DNA from: Trichoplax sp. H2 | Taxonomy: Eukaryota | DNA: 64,000 nt | Assembly (NCBI GenBank): GCA_003344405.1 | Contig: NOWV01000175.1 | Coordinates: 62,001 to 126,000, forward strand | Direction: 5' to 3' | Shown here: positions 1 to 13,040 of the stretch, in pieces | Position numbering within the stretch: position 1 is the first letter of the stretch | Layout of the letters: the number at the start of each line of letters is the position of its first letter | The notes under the pieces: generated by a model | What the model was told of the DNA's origin: nothing | The model's input: only the letters and a program-made list of their open reading frames with translations | Databases searched by the model: none | Translations under genes and position numbers: made by a program

Positions 1-2381
1 TGAAAAACGTTGTTTTCGTATGCCTCATACAAATTGACATATAGATATAAAGTGCTATCAAGGAATAAAGTCGTAATTAAAACTAATGTGATGAGTCCAT
101 TAAAACCTTCTAGCCGTTAATCATAATTTGTATAGTTTTATTTTAAGTCTCATGCTTGGCTTATACTCGTGCACTCGTATATTCATCTCATCTGTAACTA
201 TTTAGGTAGTGTAATGAGTCCATTAAACTCTTCCTGGCCTCATTTTAAAAATAATAACAGTAGTAGCTTTAATTCAAAACAAAGACTGATACTACCATTT
301 AACTAGAACTAGAAATAATACTGGCGCTATTATGCGGTTTCATAAAGGCATTAGCTTATTAATCAAGTACAGTATCTATTTTTAAATGCAAATACGAATA
401 AACCAGAGTCAATATCAATATTGAAAATCATCAGTAAAATGTGGCTGATCTAACCAATTACAAATGTTAACCAATATTAATATATTGCCTCATCGCTATG
501 AATAGATGTGAATTGATTACATATTTAACTAAATATCAACCCTAAACCAATAAGAAATTTCCGATCTATTACATGGGCAAAAAGCTGTGCCACGAATACA
601 ATTAGTCTAATGTATTTGCTTAGAAATTAATAAAAGATGTCCAATTATCTCATTTCTAAAATTGCTATTAAAATAAGCTAGCAATCACATGACAGTATTC
701 TGACGTGATCATAATGTGCTTCACAAAGGCTTAGCAACAGAGAGTACAAAAAAAGGATGAAGTTTTTTCAGGATATCTTATTGAATTCATTTACTGCTAA
801 AATTGTCAGTAAGTTCATTTTCTTACCTTACTGAATCAAATTGGCCCTTAAACTCTAAATAAGAGTGTTTTTAAAAATCACTTTTCCTAATACTTAACTA
901 TACGTACTGGTCACATTTTGTAGCTATTTACCTTAGGCTACCATGCTTCTTAAATCTTACTAGCTACAGTTTTACGCTAAATTTGAATAAATTTTAATCT
1001 GTCCCAAGCCTTGCCAATATCAAAATAAACAAGTTTTATGTAAAACTATAACTGATCTAATTTTATACCAACCAATGCAAAATATGCGTAAGTTTTTTCC
1101 TATATTTCTGGTAGGCGTTAATTTTGATGTCAGATAGAAAGAGTATGATAGTATACTTAGAAAATAGCACATACTAGACAGGTTTTATAAACGATCTACA
1201 ATTGTCCATATCAGTTTCATAAATTGCTTAAACATATTTAGCTGGTATGAATCAGGTCTGTGTTTGGTCGATTTGTTTTCCAAAGTGAACTTCCTTGACA
1301 GTTCTCGCTACTCTTTCCAGCTAAGATCTACAATGTTAATCAGATGAATTAAACTATTCTGCATACTATAGCAGATTGCGTAAAGTAGAACGTAGCTGCT
1401 TTACTTTTCAATTCCTTATTTTAACCTTCAGGTTTTACGAGTTAATAAGTACCAGTAACTTGTCAAATAAGACGACAAAGTGAACTATAACTTCCTATTT
1501 ATAGCTCATCTATATGAATAGTATAGATCATACCTGGTCTTTTCGTAAATCTTTGTATTTTAAATCAGACTATATGGCAAAAATTAGCGTAGTAAACCTG
1601 CTTTTATTAGTTCTAGAAATAAAACTGCAAATTACAATTTTAAGATTTAAATTCTCTCCAGATGCATCAATTACAGTTAATTAGGTGGAGTGTAGAAATA
1701 AGATTCTACGATTACTGTTCGTGCAGTTATCTATTTAATATATATCAAATGTCAAAGATAAATTGGTATCTGCACATTCCTGTATAAATTATCTTATGGA
1801 AATTATGCTACGACAGCTATGCAAAAGTTACTCCGCAACAACTAGATATCGCAAATTTACTAAAATATAATCTCTTTGACTGCTCTTAAATATTATACTA
1901 TCATTCTTTCTTGAATGAAATTATTCTCTTATCCAGAAATTTAGCACTAATTAATTATTAAAAGGCCTAGTTCATAAATATATGGAGATTGGACAATCAA
2001 AAATAATTTGAAAGAACCATAACGTGAACAACACGCGAATAGGTGATCGATTTGGTCATAATCAATAAAAGGTTATTATAACGCAGAGTAATTTAAAAGC
2101 TATGAGCTTTCATTAAATAATTGCTTCATATCTAGACAGAATAATATCTTGATGATTTCATGCAGAATTAAATTCAGTAACGGTATTGCATATAGAAACT
2201 TATTCCTCCCTCTCCGTTATCCCAATGGTGGGTATTTGTGACGGAGTACAGACTCCGTCAATTAATTTTAGCGTTAGTTTTAGTAATCAGTAATTAAGAT
2301 TTTATTAATTGTTAATAACATTTATTTATTAGGTATTCGATAATTGCAACGTTGTTAGTAGTCTAGTTATACTTGTTGTAG

Positions 2382-2763
2382 ACTCTGTGCACGTCATTTG
2401 TCGTTGCTGTCGATAATTTATTTAGTCGTTGCAAGTGTCGGAGGCTATGACGGTATTATAAAATACAAGCTAGACTTACTACGCGTAGATAGAATAAACT
2501 AAGACAACTATTGTATAGCCAGCATTCATTCTTGCATGACAATGAAGGAGTAATTAAATTATTTTACAGTCTATGGAACATCAACGGTTACTATTCCTCC
2601 GACGAGAAAGTCGACTGAAGCAACACTGAAACCAACAAATCCAGTGACAGAAACTCCTACTTCTAGCAGTGTGGATGTAAGCTCCTTCCAAGCTACTTAT
2701 ATCTTATCACTTATACTTACAAATGTGTTGGTTTACATTACACATAGAATATACAATTTATAA
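2382..2763 (+). CDS. Candidate small secreted/GPI-anchored Ser/Thr-rich protein (last two exons; start exon not identified)
   Basis: Exon 2382-2452 (ttgtag|...G|gt) joins in phase to exon 2570-2763 (ttttacag|...TAA): LCARHLSLLSIIYLVVASVGGYDVYGTSTVTIPPTRKSTEATLKPTNPVTETPTSSSVDVSSFQATYILSLILTNVLVYITHRIYNL*. This reads as a signal-peptide-like stretch, a T/S/P-rich core and a hydrophobic tail. No in-phase ATG exon was found. Confidence 0.5.
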
Positions 2764-3912
2764 AATAATCTACAGCTAAAAATTTATTGTATTTAGTAGC
2801 TACATTTAGCTAGTATGCACACTACGATGTCATCATCGCTAAGGCAGATGTAATTAACACGGTTTCATTGGTATGATGCAAAATAGATATCTTATAAAAA
2901 GGTATATTGCAATATCACTGTTCTCCTCATCAAGCTAATTAATAAATAATTTTTCATGAATTTCAAAGGTGCTATTAATCATATGAGCATATTATAACAA
3001 GATCATTTATTTCAATCTAATAGTCCTGAACATTAAACGTGATAGAAATTCTTTCTAAAATATAGGTATACACTATAAATTGTACCATAGCGATGGTATT
3101 TTTGATGCAATATTTTAGAATCCATTTGCAAGGACTTTATCACGCCCTCCTACCTAATTAAAAGAGCGTACTTCTTATATACCCCTAACATGCATAAGAA
3201 TTATATACTCTTGGCTACTGTTGGCAGTGATTATTCCTTTCCCCTGATATGCATTAGGCTATCGTATACTATACCTCAAGACTTTGATAATTTAACAACT
3301 AAACTTGACTAAATTTCTCACACATGAAGATCTTGATCATCGGCATTAAACGAATTTTTATAAAATAATAGTGCAGATTCGATTAAAATATTGTTCCTGA
3401 TGAAATTTGAAGCCATTTTCATATGTTATCATATTCAATTATTCCATTGATTAACGCCACCCACCCACTATAAAAAATCAGCCACCGTTTATGTGCATTT
3501 TCACAATTTCTTCTTTTAAATTTAGTAGTAAACCAAGATTATCCAGTTGCTAGGAACGATATGCACTCGTATTACTATACCTTTAAGAATGAGCTAAAAC
3601 AGTAGCCAACATACATAACTAAGATTGCGCACCTTTTTAGTTAACTTTTTTAATTCGACTTAACTGCATAAAAACCATAAGTGTTAAAAATTAATTAAAT
3701 TAACCTCTGCTCGAGTAATAATCTATACAAGCAAAAATGTATCGCTATCATTCTTACAATTTCTAAAATCGGACTCCCAGCATTATTTAATTCAAATTGA
3801 AAAATATTACTAGACCACAGTAATGATAAGCATTCTTAGTTGTATTTAATGTCTGACTTGTATAAAATGTAAAAAGCAGACTAGATTACTTTGCCAACTA
3901 TATCACGTATTA

Positions 3913-6900
3913 CTATTTTTTTTTTTTCTTTTTACTGTCTTTGCTTGGTACTGGTTCGCCCTTAGCTATAGCTAGATGCTTCTTTAATTCAAGAAGTTTC
4001 TGCACTTCCGATTGAATTACAAATTTTTCAGCTTTATCTGCCTTTAATTGTCGAACAAGATCACCCTAAAGTAACAATTACAGTTTATCGTCATTCGATA
4101 TACCGTACCATTCCTTTTACTTTTTAATCATCCTATTTAGCATCAATGTCATTCCAGTAGACCACTGCTGACTAAACAATTTACGGTACCTGTTTTGAAA
4201 CTTGCTCTTCTAATTCTTTGACATCGTTTGCGACCGGGGTTGTTTCAGTCTTCTTCTTTATCATACCAAATCATTGATGATAATGTAAGCGATAGTTAAA
4301 CTACTATATATGACGAACATAAATTTAATAAAGTAGTGAAAACAGTCCACAAAATTTACCGCAGTCGCATTTGTTCTACCACCGTATTTCGTTTTAAATT
4401 CTTCCGTTTTACTGGGTTCAATTTTTTCAAATAAGTGCTTCGGCTATCAATACAAGCAAAGATCATGTTAACTAAATTAACGATATCTGTTGAATTGACG
4501 GTTACACTGCTATCTAGTGATCAGATAATAAAACATACCTTGCCAATCTTGTGGCCAGCAGGTAATAGACATACAAATTTGTCAGTGATCACCGAATAAT
4601 CATCTACTAGCTGCGTACACAAATGTTAGCAATGTTAATTTATGCCATGTTGATAATTAAAACTCATATTTGGGCGATAGAATAGCTTGACAAAAAGTAT
4701 AGCGATATTAACTTTACCTTTGCTTGAGACAAAATTTCTTTACTGGTAGTTGGCATGTAGGGCTGCAAGAGTATCGATAACAGGCACGTAATATTAGCAC
4801 AGACTCCAACAACGGTTCCTGCTCGCTTCCTGCAAAGTAACAGTACCAATACGAATTACTATTCTACCGAGCTACATAAGTTTCTCTATCAATATTTGCA
4901 TGCAATTAGTTTACATATGCATAGAAAAAAATATATGATTTTGCTAAATCAAAAGAACGAAACTTTCGCATTACTTGTCTGCTTCCGATTGCTTAACAAG
5001 TTTCCACGGAGTATGGGATTGCATATATTGGTTTCCCAATCGAGAAACGCTTAAAATATTTCTTATTCCATCGCGTATTCTACATTTACAAACAATCAGC
5101 ATATTTCCCAACCATAAATAATTTAAAACTACTGCAATACGTCAAAACCCTTGGAGGGAACATAAACTATAACCAGTCGTAACTCATCCTACCTAGTTCT
5201 TTCCAAATTGTTATTATATGTACGAATTTCACGAGTGATTTGAGCAAGTAAAACCTTATCTTCTTCAATTAAATCCATTTCTGGAATTTCGCCGTTAAAA
5301 AAGTTGGACACAAACAACATAGCACTATAATAAGATATAAAGCATGAAATTATTATACGATTAGTAGCTTAGAATTAATGTTTACTTATTATCAATAGAA
5401 TAAATACATTGTAACTTTTAGTATTTCGTACCGATTAACAAAATTGCCAAGATTAGCCAACAATTCTGAATTATTTTTAGCTTCTAAATCAGACCAACTG
5501 AATGAGCTATCCTATTTAAAATTATAATCATTGCATATACAATTAGCAATTGACTAATCCCTTATATCAATAATTTATTCAACTCTACCTGAGTTTCCGG
5601 TCTAACGTAAAGTAAGTAAAATCTCCAAATGTCAACAGGAATGCCAGTCGCTTTTGCATCATTTCCAAAAACACCAATGCCGCGGCTTTTCGAAAACTTT
5701 CCATCTTCATAATTGAGGTATTCTAATCGAATAATTAAGATGAATTTAAAAATAAAATACTTTACTGTCCATTAAGAAAATCGGCAAGAAAGTCTACGTC
5801 AACGGTTTATTCTACGTAATTTAATAAAGTATTGTAGTTACCAGTAGCACTGAGTTTATTGACTACAGTGTAATTATCATCTGCAGCTAAAAGACAAGCT
5901 GGAAAGATGATGCTATGAAATGGTACATTATCTTTAGCCATAAAATTGTACATTTCCACCTGAAAAAGCATAGAATATAAGCACAATTAAAATAACTTAT
6001 TGACTGTAACATATACAAAGATGGCATGGCATGATTATGTCATGATTTGAACTTAAATTTACATTTTGAGGGTTTTTCCACCATTTCTCCCATTGGTCCG
6101 TATACGCCGCAGTGATGGAGATATAGCTATAAATATAAAAAATTTTGAATAGTTTAACAATAGCGCAAATGTGATAGTACTTGCAATTGTCGCTAGGGAT
6201 CCCGCAGCGGCTATGAGAAGTTTGTATAGCAGGATATACTAACCCTATAGGAGCATCATACCAAACGTAAAATACTTTTTCTGTAAAGCCTTCCAGTGGT
6301 ACTGGAGTACCCCATTTCAAATCTCGCGTGATACAACGGCTCTTAACGCCATCACGAAGCCAAGTTTGAGTTATGTTACGAGCAGCTGGTGACCAGTCAG
6401 TCAAGGAATCTGGTCGTCCATAATACTTATGAAGTTGGGGCTCAATCTATTAATTTCCAATCGTAATTAAAAATATCGAATAAATTAAGTATAATACTAC
6501 TACTATGTAAAAAAGAGTTTGTTATGTCTGTCATTGGCACAAGTTATGTTTGTGATTACCTTAGGGAGGTCTAAAAATAAGTGTTTAGAGCTTTTAATAA
6601 CTGGTTGCGATTTACAAACTTTACATCTGGGTGCCTACGATGACATTTACATATAGCATCATCAGTGCCAAATATTAAGTGATTTAATGAGCGAATAACT
6701 TTGCACAATGTTGCAACTCAACAGCACTCCCAGCAATTACCTTCAATTCTATTGCATTAATGAGCTTTCCACATTTGTCGCATTGATCTCCGCGAGCATC
6801 AGGAAATGTACAAAACGGACAAGTCCCTTCTACAAAACGATCAGCTAAGAATCTGAAAAATAATTAAGTTTTATTAATTAAATCTATTAATTGACCATAA

Positions 6901-9900
6901 AGTATACGTATACTAGCATAAACTAAGATTTAACATGCTTATTAATTGTAACAGTGGAATAATCTGCAATGCCATTATCACCTTTGACAATTTTCACAAA
7001 AGAGTTGATCTACATTCTCTTCAGTAACATAATTGCGGTCCTGTAGCCTCCAAAATATATCTTGTGCAATTCTATTTAAGTAATTATGTTATTTCATCAG
7101 TAACAAGAATGGAAGAAAACAATGCATGTCGATTCATTCTATAACTCCATTATGCTCTTCGTTACATACTCGGTCTGTTCTTTCGTTGTTGTACGGCCAA
7201 AATGATCAAAACTTATGTCAAACCACTTATAGACTTCCGCGTGGAGAGCATGGTATTTATCGCAAATTTGTTGAGGCGTAACTCCTTCTTCGACAGCTTT
7301 AGTTTCAGTTGCTGTTCCGTATTCATCAGTTCCGCATATATATAGTATATTATAATTGCGTGCACGACAATATCTTATCATTGAAAACAAGAACGACAAT
7401 ATGATTCTTTTAGGGTTGCAATTAAAATATTCAATTGCTAAGGTTGAAACTTACCTAGCAAATGCATCAGCGCTTAAAACGCAACCAACGATGTTGCCTA
7501 AATGTGGTACATTATTGACATACGGTAGCGCACTAGTTAATAGAATGTTGCGTTTTCCTTCTTGTGGTAAGAGAGGATGGGGCCGTTTCTCTCTCTTTGG
7601 ATAATTTTCACGTCCTGATGTCCACGCATGATACGCTTCGTCAATTTCGTCTTGTGTAACAGAATTTTCACTATCTTCAGTTACAGATTGTGAGGTTGAT
7701 AAAGACACTGAAGGTATAGGAGCTTGTTGGAAATAATTCTAAAATTATATACCAAAGTGGTAATTTAAGTTGTAGCTTAATCTGATTCAGTGTGATTCAT
7801 TTTATCCCTAATTAATTAAAAGAATATAGTATACATTGTCCCAACTACCTTGAAAGCTGTTACCCCTTTACTTCCTGTAGCTTCATTGACTGCTGTTTTA
7901 AAATCATCCATGGACGATAAGCGTTGATACCAAGTATGGACAGATTTATATTTTTTTGCTACTATTATAGCGATATATAATAAAATTATGCTCATAGAAT
8001 TATAATCATTTTCACTCCACTTTATGTTAGATACTAAGCAAGACTCTTAAACCTTACCATTGACAGAAGCTGGACTACTATCAACAAAAGGATATAGTGT
8101 ACCCCAAATGATAACGTCTGCTAAGCTAATTTCCTCCTAAAAAATTACGCAAAATGATTACATTTAATCCTTCTAGGCAAAGCTAGTCATTCACTTTACT
8201 CAATCGATATTTTAGCAAGTGCTTACTCCGATTAGATAGTTGCTATTTGCAAGTGCTATATTAAGTTTCTCTAATGATGCATTAACATCACCACAAGTGG
8301 CAACATCAACCTTTCGCCCGCATAGAGCTTGTACAATATGAGGAAAGACTGAGGGCTAAAATGAAGGAACAATAATAATAAGTTGTTTATATACGGTCAC
8401 CATCGTTATATGCGAAAACCTATAATAGGTACATAATAGGTACAAACTTTTAAGTTGTTTCTTTCCCACTCGGCCCACTCATCAATTTGCACTGCCGCTA
8501 TGTTAGAAACCTTGGAAGTGTCTTTAGAGTAAAAAAATCTTTGGATAAAAATGAAATTATAGTCGTATCAATTCAAAGGCGATGAGAAAAAGTTGATAAC
8601 ATAGTTGCTACAATGACGCAATGCATGATGAAGTTGACGCATATTGAAGTATTTAGCATAACGAAATAAAGCAAGAGACTTTTAATAATTTTTACTTGCA
8701 CATTCCATTCTCCGAGAAAAGGAATTTATTAGGTCCAACTTCTAATATTGGTAACTAAACAATAAGAATAAAAACTTCCGCATTCCATTTTTTGTTTATC
8801 AAAAGAGTATACTATAGTTTCTAGAATAGAGTATTTGATCCTATGTAGCAATTAGCAACGGACAAAGTGGTTACAAATTAAAGTTACGAAATATCCACGA
8901 TAGTTTTGTTAATACATATTTATACTAACTCTGCTTTTGGTAAGGTACGGCACGACTTTGACGGCATCTATTAAAATTAAGACATAGATCAAATTGAGTA
9001 TGACAATTGGTATAGTGCTAAAAGTGTATGCATAAAAGGCATCAGCCCGCGGTTCTTGCAAGAGCCTCTATGAATACCAATTAATTACAAAAAAGTCCCA
9101 TATTTTAATTTTCAATGTCTATATTTGCAATATAAATATCTGTCTGTTTAATACTAATGCAAGTGCATGGTATATGCCATTTCTATATGTGTAAGATTAA
9201 TTATATGGCATATTTGTAGGGTTTTCTAAATTGTATGTTCAATCATGATGAACGCATTTAGAAGACATTTTCCTTGCCTGGTAGTTCAACTTACCCTCTA
9301 ATTGGATATAATTGACGTTAACTTTACATTGAGCCAAATGTGAAGAGATTAAAATCTTTACCAATGATGCGTTGCCAAGATCTAATCATGAATATACGCG
9401 TGCAATCATTCACTCAATAATTCAGTTGTAGATTTTAGTAAAGTACCTAAATAGACAAGTATGCTAGGTCTACTATGATACTCGATATTACTCAAGATAA
9501 ATTCAAATAGTACATTCCAATACAAAGTATTGATGTGTCCACCGTATAGAACTGAAGATAGAGTATGTCTCAATTCTAATCTAGGGTAATGATGGAACAT
9601 GATATCCAGGCTGCATCTCAGTTCCAATCAATGGTAGCCATGCAACAGGATCAGAATTGGAGTCGATATCACGTGGAATGGTTTATCAAGGTTGATGTAG
9701 TTTCTTACCTGTATGCAAAGTTGTTGTATGCATTGCACGATTGAAGAGCGTTGGCACAAGGGTAAAACGATGGCTATATTGCAATATTGACTTGTAAATG
9801 AGTAACTGCATAAACTGGAAAAGAGTGCTTCCACCACTACAGGTTGATTGAATTAGTCACCATGAGCAATTGAGCATGCATTTCAAGAAAAGAGAAATAG

Positions 9901-10096
9901 CAGTTAAAAGCTTCCTATAGCAATAAAATTTTGATATGAAAAGCCCAAGAGCAAAATACAATTTAGGCGAATTGTATCAAGCTGATATTTCTAATCAAGA
10001 ATAGGCAAAATGATGATACAACTGGAGTAAAATTCTTCCATATTCAAGGCAAAATCGCTAAATCTGACGACATCTTACCTGATAATGTTGTAACAT
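3913..10096 (-). CDS. MARS1: Methionyl-tRNA synthetase, cytosolic type (GST-like N-terminus, class I catalytic core, C-terminal WHEP domain), multi-exon
   Basis: Exon translations: HIGH-type motif [14 protein letters not shown] (7451-7708 ORF), [15 protein letters not shown], Zn knuckle [14 protein letters not shown]...[39 protein letters not shown]-type [10 protein letters not shown] (~5680-5710). Last exon [14 protein letters not shown]...KKKKKK* ends at TAG 3913-3915. GST-like exons include [14 protein letters not shown] and IDEWAEWE. Start is ATG 9733 or the upstream in-frame ATG 10096. Confidence 0.97.
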
Positions 10097-10139
10097 GGCT
10101 TGGATCTGCGCGCGCGCACTCCTGCTAGCAAAGTCGCCC

Positions 10140-10560
10140 ATATGCAGTACAGTACTGTACAGCTACAGTGTACAGTACTGTTCAGTATACTGTACACTGT
10201 ACACTGTATCTGTACAGAGTACTGTATGATCCGCTTCGTTGGCAACATTTTTGCAAAGAAATGATCCGATAAATTTGAAAGAAATATAGACATATTTTAT
10301 ATTTACCTGTAGAGGAAGATCTGTAATACTTTGCTATGACCTTAAAAGGCCCATTAAATAGACAAGCATAAAGAAAATCGATGTTAACGCTATGACCATG
10401 AATCCAGTAAAAATCACCATTTTACAGTACACGTGTACAGTATAGTACTGTAGAAGTTGTAACTGTACACTGTACAGCAGGCCACAGAGACACGGCGGCG
10501 ATCGATGGTTTGGTACGGAAAACTTTTTCAATGCTCCAGTCTATGCTACAGTATAGCCTT
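10140..10560. promoter_or_regulatory. Putative bidirectional promoter between MARS1 and MRPL32, with TACAGTA/CTGTAC-rich blocks
   Basis: Divergent start codons are ~620 bp apart (10096 on -, 10719 on +). Dense TACAG/CTGTA/TGTAC words occur at ~10146-10226 and ~10424-10480. Confidence 0.6.
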
Positions 10561-10718
10561 GCCATGGGTGATTGCAACCCTTATAACGGCGTGCACGAGC
10601 CTTGAGCTTGGGACTCGCTGCAGCATTCCTTTCAGCAACTTGGTGATTGCTGCTTAGTCGACATTATCACCGACATTGCTTGCAAAATTGATCTAAATAT
10701 TACTATCATTGATCGTCC

Positions 10719-11345
10719 ATGGCACTATTGACATCGATCGCGAGTAGACTACTTCAAACTGCACGTATTTTAGAGCAAAGAGCTTGGATTGCCTTGAATT
10801 TAAGACCAGCTTACAACTATGATTTACAGCCAACCGATCATGCTTTAACGTCGTTGGATGATCAACCTGATGGTAATTACTTTCTTGTTCCACATTGGAC
10901 GAGCAGTGTTTGATAGAATACGATTACTGAATAAACAAGGATATTGTATCTTATTAGTCCTCTTGTCTTGCACTAGAACTTGAATAAAGTTGTTTTATCG
11001 GTTATTGCTAGTAAAATAACATAACATTGATTATACAGAGTAGCAAAATCGATGTGGACCTTTGCTACGGCTCTTCCTAATCCATTCATCGTCTAACCTC
11101 ATGTAGATGTTGACAACGATCACGGAATACTTTGGATGGCTGTTCCCAAGAAGAGAACATCCCGTCGTAAGAAGAGATTGCGTAATCTAAACAAGCAATT
11201 GAAACCGATACGCAATTTCGAACACTGCAATGTATGTGGCAATCTCAAGCTAACCAGTATCTTTTGTTCTCACTGCTTAAGGAGAATTAAGGAAGAAACC
11301 AAAGCATATAGGAAATCTTTAAAGCCGCTCAAGTTCAAACTTTGA
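10719..11345 (+). CDS. MRPL32: Mitochondrial ribosomal protein bL32m
   Basis: Exon 1 10719-10872 (presequence-like MALLTSIASRLLQTARIL...DG|gt) joins exon 2 11107-11345 (atgtag|). This gives GILWMAVPKKRTSRRKKRLR...CNVCGNLKLTSIFCSHC, the bL32 AVPK motif plus a CxxC/CxxC zinc ribbon. Confidence 0.95.
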
Positions 11346-13040
11346 AACCTAGAAATCGCCAATCGTTTGCGCTATGCTTAGCATCCATCACTGCTCATCA
11401 ATGCTTTTAAATGGATACGTTGCCTTAACCTTAACAATGAACAAACTGTCGATAGGATGATAAAATATGTATACTGTAGTAATGTACATAGGGATAGGTA
11501 GAGTGATGTGATTTCACTTTATTCTGTCAATTCATTTCTCAATTTTTTACCTTAAGCCAAATTCGTCATCGGTATAGGTAGTGCAATGATGCCATCAGGT
11601 CATCAGTAGTGTATCAATGAGTACACTTAGCCAATTGGATTCTTGGTAATACCATGAACCGCTTGCAAATTCATGTCTGCAACTGATTGTGTCAAAATGG
11701 TATCATATCCTGCATCTTTATTTTCGAACGATTGAATCGGAGATTATAAATAAAGTTAAAAATGAACACTGTACCTCAGGTACCTGCAAAGTTTGTTAAT
11801 AATCTTTCTAGTACATTACCACGTAAATTGAATAGAAGTACAATCTGCATGATGCCAGTCCCTTCAGCGGTTAGAAATGACCATGCTTCAAGTGTTAGCA
11901 AGACCGCGAAGAACAAATCATAGAATGGAGTAGATTGACAATTACAGAATAGCCTACTACATATCAGATAATGATGATCTGGATGCTATGGGTAGTCATA
12001 TGTCTTACTTTCCGATTTCAAAAGATAAATACTCTAGATATACGCATACATATGCTGTGTCTTATAACTTAACAGTTTATTTTCATCAATCTAATATTTT
12101 CAAATTGACTGCAATAGAGTTCAGCGTGAGATTGTTGATGCCAAATTGGAGTGCATTCATATTACTATTGCACTTTCAATACACATTAAGAATAACTACC
12201 GTAATGAGCTGAAATCACTTACCAACAGAAGTACGGTATTCTCAAGCACTTAACACAAGTTTCATTTTAATGCCTATCTGTATGCTATTAAATCAATGTA
12301 CTCAGCCGTAGGAACATTTCAAGTTATATACTAGATTCGATTGGAAATAGGAATCAGATCCAAGAGCAAGTTGAGTTGATTCGTCGAAGACGTGTCGCCA
12401 CTTTCTAAGCTCTATCAATTATCGCTAATTTGCTTAGCTACCTAAGTGGTAGTCTAGTCTACATCATAAATTATCCTTATTTTCATACCAGTAAGGTGTA
12501 TTCAAGGTAGACAAATTAACATAACTTGGGTTAGGGTAATGGTATATTATCCGATTCAGATTTTTCAAGAGTCAAATGGAAACGGTATATACGTATTTCA
12601 TTTACGTATTTCAATGAAGGGACTATCACTACACGTCATAGCATATTTCTTCAATCGTACTACCAATAGTCAATATCACATTTGGTTTATTATACTTTCC
12701 TTTAAACATTCAGAAACTCCTAGAATTCACAAAGTAAAATAAATGATACTAGGAATAGAACTTTGTTGGTAATAATCATTATTATACATCATTTTAGGCT
12801 ATTTGAATGAATCAAATAAAATATTTCATAGAATAGAGAGGTAATTAAAATGTTACATAAAAAATAAGGATTCATTATAAGACGGTATAGATTATACAGA
12901 GTTATTTTCATTGAATTTTATGCATAGAAATCGCAATGCTTTACTTTACAATGGGTCGTTATTAGTAACAAATCGAATGTTTCATGATACACTGTACGTA
13001 TATTTTACTCTATAAAAGTAATTATTTATTCTATTTTCCT

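Noticed and set aside
11540-12450. Possible small gene between MRPL32 and the ZnT 3' end
   Set aside because: Scattered splice-like sites but no coherent open exon chain; likely UTR or intergenic.
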